NCBI GenBank assembly: GCA_028534125.1
Contig: CM052818.1
Location: forward strand, 47,494,001 to 47,558,000
Source of the DNA: Lama glama
Taxonomy: Eukaryota
Reading direction: 5' to 3'
Length of the DNA stretch: 64,000 bases
Shown piece after piece: positions 14,041 through 25,099 of the stretch. A program made the translations under genes and the position numbers. Every line of letters begins with the position of its first letter. Position 1 is the first letter of the stretch. A model generated the notes under the pieces. It searched no databases. It saw only the letters and a program-made list of their open reading frames with translations, and was not told where the DNA came from.

Positions 14041-15799
14041 TTCTGCTGGTTTGTCATTTTCCTGAATGTAAATATTCTTCTGATGATTGATAATGATATG
14101 AACTGGATGAAACAGGTTGCACAACAATAAACCTAATTCTTGTAACATAATAAACAATACAAAGTGCTGTGTGCATTAAAAGGGTGCAAGTAAATCTGCG
14201 TGATCTTTCTGTGTAGACTACATGATCCCAGAGGGAACCGAGAAAGCTTCCTGGAGGAGTAGGCATTTGAACTGGGTCTAAAGAATATCCTATCAGGGCA
14301 TGCAAGATACTCAAGAGCCATGGTAATGTTGCGTCCAAAAATTATGTCAAAAGATGAATAACTGGAATGATGAACATGGGATGAAGATAAAGACAAAGGT
14401 TGGGAACGAATGTGATGAGCCCAATGCTACAAATGCTTCACTCCAAAGATGTCAAGGACACGTGCTTGCTAGTCACGCAAGTTGGCGTCTTTAAGTCATG
14501 GACGATTTGTGGTTCATGCTCCCTGCTACAACTCCAAGTGTCCTGTCCCAAATTCCAAGTGACAGCCATCCATTCCTGTCTTCTCTTAAAGCATCACCTA
14601 TGGCGTCTGATTATTATGTCTCAAGTGACTGTATAACTGGTTTGTGAAACTGGCTGTTTCCTCTGAACATCCTGAGCTCAAGATGATGCTTGAATGTTTC
14701 CAGAAACACAATGCCTGGTACATAAAGGGCACTTGGTAGGTTTTGTGGTTTGAATGCTGCAGAATGATTTGTATCAAGGTTGTTAAAAGTCATAAAATGA
14801 CTTGCAGATGCCCATCGCCACATCCTGGCATCCTCATTGAACCACTAGGGATGGCAGAATGTGGCCCAGAACCACCCACGAAGGTTCCTCGATTAAACTG
14901 AGTGACTGCGTGAAAGCAACAGCCCTTCACACTGAGCAGCGGTCACGCTGACCAGCCAGTTGATGTGCAGTGTGGCTCAAACTACAGACCCCTGGGAGAG
15001 CCCCATGCTCCCTTGTCTTCCAGCTGGTGTGGACATGCCAAGTCAGGCATCCAGCACGGCAGAGCCAGGTGTCCTGTCCCAGAGGCTGGAGAAGTGATGT
15101 CTCTATGTGCTGGGAGCATCAGGCATAAACCCCCTCTGACTCAGAGCCCCGAGGGCCCTCCTTCCTGAGTCCTCCCCCCAAGTCACCCCTCCCTGGCTGT
15201 CACTAAAGCCAGCCCCACACCTCACACTCTCACCCTGTGCTCCTCGCTCCTGGATCTTGCAGGATGCGCTGGCATCTGGCCTGCCTTGAGGCATCCTGAA
15301 GCGGAGCCGCCGAGGACCTAAATTAGCTGGGCTGGGTCCATTTGACAATCACACAGGCCAAACTGGCACCTGCGATCTGAGTCACTGCCTTTTAACTGTT
15401 TATTAAGTGGTGACAGTGACGGCTAAATAGTGAAGAGGAAGGGCCCTTTCTCCGGGTTCCGGTACCGCAGTCCTCCAGTGAAGAGGCAAGAGCGTTATTA
15501 ACCGGGGTGGCACGGACAGAGGAGGGGGCTGCTGAGGACAGAGGAGGGGGCCGCCGCTACCGCAGACCAGAGGACCAGCCCATCTCCTCTTCCGTCTGGA
15601 GGGGAAGCGGTTTGCTAGCAGCCACCCCAGTCCATGGCTCTGTCCTCTGCGGCCCAGGCTTTGTGCTGCTTCATACAAATATCTGTTTGGAGGAGCACAG
15701 AAGTTCTCACTTGGCAAAATGAAAAGCTCCGCCTGAATCTGACATCACGTTTCTGCTGAAAAAACTGCAATATGAGTGGCCTTGGTGCTTCCGAAAAGA

Positions 15800-16000
15800 G
15801 GACAGGCCTCGATGGGAACCGACACCCACGGGGAGACCGGGAGCGTTCCCCACTAGCACGGGCGCTTGTGACCTGGACGACGGAGAGATGAGGACACGCG
15901 TAGCTTTCCCACCCGCCAGTGGGCGGGGCCGGGCATCCTGGTCAGGAAGTGACACCCAGCGGGGTGGGCTCTCTAGGGGGTCCTTCCTCCAGGGCACTAA
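15800..16000. promoter_or_regulatory. CpG-enriched patch with GC boxes and an ETS site; candidate enhancer
   Basis: cccgcc-agt-gggcggggc (opposed GC boxes ~15912-15929), caggaagtg ETS at 15943-15951, locally raised CpG. Confidence 0.3.
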
Positions 16001-16209
16001 GAGGGCAGGACCAAAGGTGGATGTGGCTCCCTTGGCTTTGCCTAGAGTCAGACATGTCTGGCTCCTAGGGACCAATTTCTGGATATCAGGAAAACATATG
16101 TACACACACACACACACACACACACTTTTTTATCGCATATCTGTGTGAGCAGCAACCAATGCCAAATTCTCAATGTCAGCAGGACTCGTGGAAGCAAAGG
16201 GCTGGGGCA

Positions 16210-16396
16210 GGTGCCGGGGAATTTAGATTCTGAAGACCTGAGTTCAAGCCCCAAGTCCTCAATTTTGTGCAGTGCAATTTTATCTTGGCTGTATCTCTTG
16301 ACTCATCTATGTCCAAGTTTTTTTTTAATGCATGAAATGAGGGGAATAAACAAATCCCTGCCTTTGAGTATGATTGTAAAGATCAGTGAACTAATT
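16210..16396 (+). mobile_element. MIR SINE
   Basis: gaagacctgagttcaagccccaagtc...catgaaatgaggggaataa...gattgtaaagatcagtga. Confidence 0.6.
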
Positions 16397-16487
16397 CAGG
16401 GTTTTTCAGCCTCAGCACACTTGACATTTGGAGCCATATCATTCTTTGTCATGGGGGCTGCCCTGTGCATGGTGGGTGTCTAGCAGG
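16397..16487 (-). mobile_element. MER20 hAT-Charlie DNA transposon fragment abutting or nested in the MIR
   Basis: cagggtttttcagcctcagcac...tgacatttggagcc...attctttgtcatgggggctgccctgtgcat matches the reverse MER20 terminus. Confidence 0.75.
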
Positions 16488-16539
16488 ACCTTAGGCACAG
16501 AGGTGAAAGGTAACAATGAGAAGGGAATAATATTTACAA

Positions 16540-17100
16540 ATAATCTAAGTGGGCATACTGTACATTAATAAACCAGTAGCCAGTTTCAAAGTTATGGGGT
16601 AAGAAATCAGATGAATCTGGCATGAGATGTTCTGGCTCTAGAGTACTGTGAAAATGCCATATTAAATTAAACAAATTCTGTTTCTCTCTTCCTAGTAAAG
16701 GAGAGGGGGAAGAAAAAAAGAAAATGAGTAACCCATTAAATTGTCAGGATATTAATTATATAGAGCTACATATTAAATGTTATGCAGCTAAGGAGCTAAT
16801 TTTCTTCACAATGTTATTATTATTTGTTGCTTGTATAGCACCATTGATGTAAACATACTGTTTTATAAATACTCCCATAAAGTTTACTGCTCTTACATGA
16901 GCGTGCCGTATAATTATGCATTTACCTTCTAATGAGCAAAGTGAGATGTACAACTCACTCACAGCAAAGCCCCGTTGCATTCGCATCTCTCTGACTCTCT
17001 CAGCATCTCTGGGTAGCGACTGTGATCTGTTGTGTTGTGCTGGAATCAGAATTGGTATCATCTGAGTAAATAAGACTCTTAAGAAACATCTATTTTTGTT
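16540..17100. promoter_or_regulatory. Candidate conserved non-coding element (AT-rich, homeobox-motif dense)
   Basis: Unique AT-rich block with many TAAT/ATTA, cccataaa, gtaaaca (FOX) and taattatgca motifs. Conservation cannot be tested here. Confidence 0.35.
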
Positions 17101-17423
17101 ATTTGTTTTTCTACTTGAAGGAAATAGGCCACTCTTTCTCAGAAAGAGCCTCACACCGTGGGGTATTTTTTGGAGGAGGGTATTTTTGGTTTTTTGTTTG
17201 CTCCTCTACAGGCCGATCCATCCCTGTCAAGTCTGCAGGGCGCGCTGTGCGTGGGCGGGAAAACAAACCACACTGAATGTTCTCGTCGCCAGAGTGAGGT
17301 CACCTTAAATACCACATGGCAAGTTTCTTCACAAGGGAAAAAGGCAACAAGAAGAAAACACACACACATGATTGAAATTAAATAGAAATTACTCTCTTCT
17401 AAAAGGTGAGCTTCTTCAGCTCA

Positions 17424-17923
17424 NNNNNNNNNNNNNNNNNNNNNNNNNNNNNNNNNNNNNNNNNNNNNNNNNNNNNNNNNNNNNNNNNNNNNNNNNNNNN
17501 NNNNNNNNNNNNNNNNNNNNNNNNNNNNNNNNNNNNNNNNNNNNNNNNNNNNNNNNNNNNNNNNNNNNNNNNNNNNNNNNNNNNNNNNNNNNNNNNNNNN
17601 NNNNNNNNNNNNNNNNNNNNNNNNNNNNNNNNNNNNNNNNNNNNNNNNNNNNNNNNNNNNNNNNNNNNNNNNNNNNNNNNNNNNNNNNNNNNNNNNNNNN
17701 NNNNNNNNNNNNNNNNNNNNNNNNNNNNNNNNNNNNNNNNNNNNNNNNNNNNNNNNNNNNNNNNNNNNNNNNNNNNNNNNNNNNNNNNNNNNNNNNNNNN
17801 NNNNNNNNNNNNNNNNNNNNNNNNNNNNNNNNNNNNNNNNNNNNNNNNNNNNNNNNNNNNNNNNNNNNNNNNNNNNNNNNNNNNNNNNNNNNNNNNNNNN
17901 NNNNNNNNNNNNNNNNNNNNNNN
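17424..17923. other. Assembly gap (500 N)
   Basis: Run of exactly 500 N. Confidence 0.99.
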
Positions 17924-18169
17924 AAAAACTGGATGTTAGAACATGACCCCTGAAGTCACTGATACATGAAACATCCAGCTATTTTATGCATGTGATTATG
18001 TGAAATAAGTAAATAAACCTTACAATGCTCTGCCCAAATGGACATTTAAAAGACCACTGAGAAAGACAGATCCTTTTTAAAGACATCTCACCTTTTTTTT
18101 TCCTCCCCAAGGAACATGTTATTTACAACCACAGAAAAATGCATTCGGAATCCAAATTTTGTTGCAACG

Positions 18170-18188
18170 CAGTGACATCTAGTGTCCA
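18170..18188 (-). promoter_or_regulatory. CTCF-like motif
   Basis: Reverse strand reads TGGACACTAGATGTCACTG versus consensus TGGCCASYAGRKGGCRSY. Confidence 0.45.
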
Positions 18189-18344
18189 ATTTGGTTAACA
18201 TCAAGAGACAGTTCCCCAGGGAAACATTGAAGAGCATTTCCACTTAAAATTCTGACCTGGGATTTAAAGGAAAAGTTTTACAGGACGGAAAAAGTCTCCT
18301 ATTCTGGTCTTCCTTCCAGCAGGTGGTAACGCTCTGTACGTGTA

Positions 18345-18346
<2 letters not shown>

Positions 18347-18379
<33 letters not shown>
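18347..18379. repeat. (CA)n microsatellite
   Basis: About 16 perfect CA units. Confidence 0.97.
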
Positions 18380-18382
<3 letters not shown>

Positions 18383-18944
18383 TGCCTCGAGGTCAGAGGT
18401 TGTGTGCTTAAACTAGAATCCTGAGTATTCCTCATCTGATGAAGTCCTTCTGAGATTTTCATTTAATTATCATACAATTATTAGAACTTAGATTATCAAT
18501 TTCTTTAATGACAGTCATTCAAATTTTTCATATAAACATGATTATGCCAATATATAATTTTGTCCTGAAATAGCAAGAATGATTTACAGGTACATTCTGA
18601 ACAGCTTGATTCAGAAGGACAGAGACAAGAAATGTGCTTGCTGGTCTAAGTGCATTGTCACATGCAGAACAGCAGCCCAAGGCTGGGTAGCTTGATGGCA
18701 TGAGTGCTTCGCTAGAAGTCAGGTGACCTGTGACCTCGTCCAATGTTGTCATTAATCTGAAGTGTGACCTACAGCAAGTCACCTGAGCCTGTGAGCTGGC
18801 TCGTCGCTAAGATACAAACAGTAATGTTTCTCACACATTTATCACGAGACTCAACGAGGTACTTTTCTTTTAACACACCTGTTTTTATTCTGTTTCTTAA
18901 CTGATGAACACTTGAGTTGTTTCCAACTTTTGATTCCAACTGTA

Positions 18945-19452
18945 GTACTATTATTATTTTTCTTATATACAATGTTTAAAAGTTACTTTCCATTTACAGT
19001 TGTTATAAAATATACACGCATCCCAATGTTCACAGCAGCATTATTTACAGTTGGCAAGATATGGAAGCAACTTAAGTGTCCATCAACAGATGAATGGATA
19101 AAGAAGTATGCAATGGAATGCTATTCATCTATAAAAAAGGGAAAAGATCTGCCATTTGCAGCAACATGGTTGGACTTGGAGGGCAATATGCTAAGTGAAA
19201 TAAGTCAGTCAGAGAAAGACAAATGCTGTTTGCTATCACTTATATGTGGAATCTAAAAATTACAGCAAGATAGTGACTATAACAAAAGGGAAGCAGACTC
19301 AGAGATATAGAAAACAAACTAATGATTATGGCGGAAGGGCAACACTGGGTGGAGGAGCGGGAGTTATAAACTCCTGGGTGTAGACAGGCTCAAGGATGTG
19401 TTGTGCAAGACAGAGAAGAGAGCCAGTATTTTGTAATAGCTGTAAATGGAAG
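18945..19452 (-). mobile_element. L1 3' fragment with inverted 5' segment
   Basis: 19013-19452 is the ORF2 C-terminus (PMFTAALFTVGKIWKQLKCPSTDEWIKK...LSEISQSEKDK) plus 3' UTR on the + strand. 18945-19012 is the extreme L1 3' end and A-rich tail on the - strand. Confidence 0.85.
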
Positions 19453-20567
19453 GTACTTGCTTTAGTTGTCAATCTTTACAACTCCTTTGAGATATGTATT
19501 ATATCTCAAATATATAAGGAAATACATATGGAAACATACGTAGGAAATTAGGAAAGTAAAGTTTCAGAGAGACAAAAGTGAATGTTCCGAAGGTGGTCAG
19601 TTCTCACATGAAGACCTGGGGGTGCAAGTCAGCCGAGCGGGCTGTGTTGTTTGCATGCCCCAATTGTCAGTTACCCTGAGCATCAGTTAAACACAAGGTG
19701 CAGTGCAGTAAAATGTCCTTAACTAGACCCTACGGACTTTTTACACGAAGTGCAAGTCAATCGTGTTTTATATATTTGTCTATATCTACCTCTCTTCCTG
19801 TACATGTCTGCTCTGACTCAAGAAGAAACTGGCTCAATATTACAGTGACCCTCAGGAAGAGGACGTTAATGTTGGTGACATCAACGCCCAAAGCACTGGG
19901 CTTTGTAGTCTCCAAAACAAAAGTACTGGTCCTAAGGACATTACTGAACAGGGGAGGGTTTGTTTTTTGGGTTTTTTTTTTTAATGCATTTGGGTAAAAT
20001 TTTGTAGCCCATTCATTTTAGCAGGCTATTGGGAGGTTACTATATACTCAACTAAATGCCAGGAATAAGGATCAAGTTGCATGAAATGAAATAAAATGAA
20101 GGCATGATGTGTATCCAGTACCGTCACTGGGACTCTCATTCGTTCCATGTTTCACCTCGCAGCAACCCGTCAGGTCAGGTGGTTGCCTTTCCCACCATCC
20201 GGAGGGAAGGCTGATACCTGCTTCCAGAATTTTCTGTCTGAAGTTAAAGCAAAAGTAAGTTATCCTTCTCCTCCCATCATCCCACATTGGGAAAGTGGTT
20301 TTTTTTTTAAAAGTTTGTAACTTCCAGCATTTATTACCATGAGGGGGAACAGTACACACTGCTGCCGACGATAAAAATGGGGAAGCCTTGGGTAGACATT
20401 GTACATTATATCTCAGGTCTGGGAACCTGCACATCCACCTAACACCTCAACTTTTTATTCCACAAGTTTTTTCCAAGTTGTGCGAGTAAAAGTATATGCA
20501 TTTTTCTCACTACTTACGTATTTTAAAGAAAATACTAACCCAACACAATAGCCCACCTAAGGATGCT

Positions 20568-20725
20568 ATTAAATACATTCTAGTCCATCCACATGATGAA
20601 GCGCAATTGTCATAAAATTATAATATATTCATATGTACTAGCATATACATTAAATACATTCCAGTCCATCCACATGATAAAATGCAGTTGTCATAAGATT
20701 GTAATTCGTGTGTACTAGCATATAC
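20568..20725 (+). repeat. Diverged ~80-bp tandem duplication inside an old L1 3' fragment
   Basis: Copy 1 at 20568-20648 and copy 2 at 20649-20725 both read attaaatacattc.agtccatccacatgat...tgtactagcatatac. Confidence 0.9.
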
Positions 20726-20849
20726 AGAGCTCTAAGGCAAATATTAAGTGAAAAACTACAGGTTGTGAACCTGGATCCATAGTATGTTGAAAGCCTATGT
20801 GTACATTTGTTTGTTAACCACAGTTAAATAGTGCTTAATGGTGTAGGAG

Positions 20850-20970
20850 ATTCACGTTATCAACCCAGTTAATTAGCCTAGTAGCCCTGCAAGGAAAGTG
20901 CTTCTACTAACCTCTAGATGAGGAAACTAAGACACAGAGATGTTGAGTAACTTGCCAAAGCTGCACATCC
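20850..20970 (-). mobile_element. MIR SINE
   Basis: tagatgaggaaactaagacacagagatgttgagtaacttgccaaag is an antisense MIR core. Confidence 0.8.
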
Positions 20971-21224
20971 ACACCCCCCCTCTCTCTGTCTCTCCGTATA
21001 TGCTTGCAATGGTGTCTACAGAGGGAAAAAGTTTTCGTACGTTAATTGGTTAACCAGGAGAGTGAGAAGAATTGGGGTAGTGGGAGGAGCCCCTTACTCC
21101 TCTTATGCTTGGACAGTTGCCCATTTCTAACAAGCACAGTTTGACATATTACCAGGATCATAATCAAAGACAGATTAAAAATGAGTATGGGATATGAGGG
21201 TCTCAGATGAGGAGTGTCCTAGGG

Positions 21225-21272
21225 TTTTTTTTTGTTTTGTTTTGTTTTGTTTTGTTTTGTTTTGTTTTGTTT
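21225..21272. repeat. (TTTTG)n microsatellite
   Basis: Direct reading. Confidence 0.95.
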
Positions 21273-24109
21273 AAGGTGTAGACTGTATGCCCCTCTCCCT
21301 AAATCCAGACTAGAAACCAGGTCAGTGTTTGAATCCTTCAAAATAGCACACCGACTTACCATCTGCTTACCTGGAAGACAGAATATTCAGGTCTTCCTTC
21401 CGACAGTTGATCAGACCAGGGGTCTCTTTCCAGGCTCTCCCTTCAGCTGTCTTTTATCTCATCTGCACCTAAAGCTAGGCTTGGACAAGGGGATTTTAAG
21501 AAAGGTAATCTGGTTACATTTTCCCAGCCTGGCTGATAACAGAATTCACTTGTAAAGTGTTTTTTCTTAAAAAAATACATATTCCCATATTCAATTTTTC
21601 ATTCAAATTCAGCAGAACAAAGATGGAGTGGGTCATGAAGTCTATTTTTGGGAGGTTCTCCAAGTGATCCTGCTCCCAAATTTAGGAACCAGGTGATGCC
21701 CTGGGCCACAGGCGAGGGGCGAGGCTGTACGCACTGAAGCAGGCATTTCTCAGACTTATGCGGGGCCGGTTCATGGCCCATGAGGTCATCTAGCCACAAG
21801 GAAAATAATGGGATGGGAGCACCCACGGGACAGCTCCCAGGCCCCCAGAGGAACAACCTGGCAAGAGAGCACTGACCTCCAGGCACATGGGGATCAGCCC
21901 TGCTGTCATTCAAACAAACTGTAGAACCTCCAGTAGGTATAAAACACTTGCTGTCTGGGATCCCTTTGTCTGGAATTTAGGAAGATGGATGAGGCCCTGG
22001 GGAATGGAGAACTTTCTTTTCCTCACTCTAGTGATGAGTCAACGTCTTTGTTTGTGCTACTTCTGGATGGAGATCTTATGGACTCCCTGCATTTTTGCCC
22101 CAACATGGAAGTCTCAAATCAGCTAACACAGAACTTTATCTGAAAGAGACCCAAGTTTATTCCCTGGAATTCTTCCCACTCTCAGTCATTGCACTCCCGC
22201 TCCTGTCAATGGCTAATCTATAGCCAGGCCAACGCATGGTGGGCTGAGAAGTGATCAGCTCTTGTTAACCCACCTGAGGCTGGAAATCAGCACCAGATCC
22301 CCATCTCAGTGCCTCTCAGTGCATCTGACATGGCTCTGCCTCCACCCTTTTTCCCTCGGATCCTTAATCAAGCAGGTGGCAGGTGCTAACGAAATGAATC
22401 ACTCAACTCAAAGACAAAGTGATCATTAAGTGGAACCCCACCCTCAGAGAGGCTGTCGAGGCTTCGGTCATCTGCAGTGATGTTACCTGGCTTCCATCCA
22501 CCCAAAGGTTTGGGTTCTGCTCTCAAGTGCCTTAGCTCCCCACCCTGGAGGAGGTCCTAGACTCGGGAGAGAGGCGTGGAAGGAGGCAACAGGAGAAGGG
22601 GACAGTAGGCACGTGTGGGCAATGTGACGGGTCATCACAAGACTCTCGAACTCCATGCCCCTGAGGAGGTCTCTGTGGAGTGTCTGGATATCCCCTACGA
22701 CCCTGCTGCAAAGTCAATCCCTCTGAGCGAGAGCGTCCGTCTTCTAGATGGCACTGGTCCCTGGGAAACGGCCCGATTTGTGAACATCTGATTGCTGAGA
22801 GGGGTTCTCATATACAGACCACTAACAAGATTAAAGTGCTAATTTAAAAAGTGCTTAGCCTAGATGTTCAAACAGCACCAGCCTTGCGAGCTTCTAACGG
22901 CTGTTTCTGGGAGCTCATAATTGCTGTTTCTGCTAACAGGAGCCATTTCATTCTCTTGCATTGAAATGGATCAGATAAATCACATTAGGTAGGTTTACAG
23001 AAGCAGGCAATGACAGGTTCCTCAGACCTGAAAGCTAAGTAACCCGCTAGGGTCTGACTTTCTTTCATCAAGCTCTCTATCTTCAAACTCAATACCTATT
23101 TAGAGCTGCTGATAACACCCCACGAATGCTCCCAGCCCTTGTCCTCGGACACAATGGACGGTTCCACCGATGCTATGGAATTTAAACATTTTTGATACAG
23201 TCTATTAAAAAGAGGGATTGTAGCTAATTCAAATTCCGCGACTTCTAATAAAAAAAAAAAAAAAGCTCATGAAATCACATGCTGCATTTGCAAAGGAAAC
23301 CGGATAGAAATCACACAAGGACGCTCTCTGTTCTGTCACTAAATTATCTCTCCTGGGCAGGCAGAACTGATAAGAGAACTCATTTTACACACACCTCAGG
23401 AGCAGAGCAGGCGAGGATCTCATGATCTCCCAAAATAGAAGGGAAGTTCAAATTTCTAAGGGATAAAACCTCCTGTATACTTTACTAGCAGCCATTTGAA
23501 ATTCTCCTTTAAATACAGGCAAAGTCCTCCCCTGCAGCCCCGGGTGCCAGTTACCCTGTGTGTGTAAAGCCTCGCTCTCTTGTCAAGGTAAACGCCACAC
23601 TCCACTGGGCACTGTCCTTTCATGACACGAATAAGGCGAAACTGCAAGAAACCAAAATGAGTGCAGAATGATTTTATGTAGCATAGTGTTTTGCAACATG
23701 GTGTTTTCAGAGTATTTTGCCTACGTTACTTGATTAAGTGGTGTACGCGTCTTACTTATTCTTTGTAGGCTGAGGTCGAATTTAATAATGAGCAAATGGA
23801 AAAGCTGCTACTTCTAATATGTAGGTTTCATAATTCATTATCTAATTGGACCTGAAAATACAAAGTTGAGGGAAATGAGGAAAAATAGCTAGAAAAATGA
23901 TCAAAGGACTTTGATGAGTGGAAAATAAAAATGGAAAAAAGGAACAGATTAAAGAGGGAAAAAGCCACTGTCTGTGGGCTGTAAAAAGTTGGAAATCTCT
24001 AGAATGAAGTCAAAATCTGTGAATAGAAGAATAGAAAGTTGAATCAAAAAAGACCAGGCAGAAAAGTTCCATAAAATGCAGCAACATGACGACAGCCCCT
24101 GAGGATGGG

Positions 24110-24290
24110 GTGGCGGATCCCTTCCTGACTCTGCCGCTCGCGAGCTCTGCGGCCCGCTGGGATCACTTCAGTCTTCTGGTCTCCACGTCTCAGCTTTAAC
24201 ACTGAAGTCGGAACGGTGACCTCATGACATTATTAAGTGAGATGTGAACAGCACCTTGCTCACTGTGCCAAATAGTGTGATTAAAACCTG
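24110..24290 (+). mobile_element. MIR SINE
   Basis: tcctgactctgccgctcgcgagctctgcggcc...attaagtgagatgtgaacagcacc...actgtgcc. Confidence 0.55.
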
Positions 24291-24739
24291 CATCCTGTGA
24301 TGCCGCAGTGGGCATAACGCGGTGGGTGAGGCAATGACCACGGTGGTTGTTAACTTTTATGTGATACGAATTATCGTTAAGTGAGCTGACGGATTCCTTC
24401 AGGACACTGCTGTTGTCATCCTGCAATACCATGAGTACAAAATTATTAAAAATAGATACCAGTGATTATAGCATCCTTTAAATAAGAGAAACTATAGGAA
24501 GTAAAATCCTGTCTTTGAATAATCTCTAAGGGTCCATTACAGAGCTCAATTTAAAAGTCGCTGAAAGGGTTTTGGAGACAAACACTCAACCTTCTTACAT
24601 TCAACTGTGGGTTTTTTCACTGGTTTATTCCAGTGAATTAGTTAGAGTCACTTCATTGTAGAGAGCAGAGTCTGGTGGGAGAGGAAAAATGCAGATGCTT
24701 AAAATTAAAGTCTGTAAGTGCTCTCATCAAATGATACAA

Positions 24740-25050
24740 GATAACTGAGGAGAACCAGTTAGGTTGTACAGGCAAAAAAAAAAAAAAGGAGATGCCTCTT
24801 GAATAAAAATCTTGAAGGTTGAGTATATTCTCAACAGGGAGAGGTCGGGGAACTGGTCACTCACACAAGGGAGCTGGCACTTGCTCAGCACAGAGTCAGG
24901 GAGAGACCCCACGTTTAGGGAAGGTTCAGAAGTGTGCTGTGGCGTGAGTGCAGCGGAGGAACAAGAGGCTGAAGAGGCAGGGGGAGATGGAGAGGGAAGC
25001 CACGACTGTATGTTCTGCTCAGGAGGGCGAAACTCATCCTGAAGACAACG
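24740..25050 (-). mobile_element. L2 fragment, probably continued at 27330-27650 beyond the L1
   Basis: Purine-rich antisense L2 pattern (cagcacagagtcaggg...gtttagggaagg...ggcaggggagatggagagggaagc). Confidence 0.45.
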
Positions 25051-25099
25051 GAGAACAAGGAAAGAGTGACTCAACCTGACGCATGAAGAATGGGCCTGT

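Noticed and set aside
17372..17953. Long ORFs of 177-193 aa
   Set aside because: They span the N gap and are artefacts
18912..19256. 114-aa ORF with recognisable protein motifs
   Set aside because: L1 ORF2 C-terminal remnant, not a host gene; the same applies to 26007-26427 and 48465-48656
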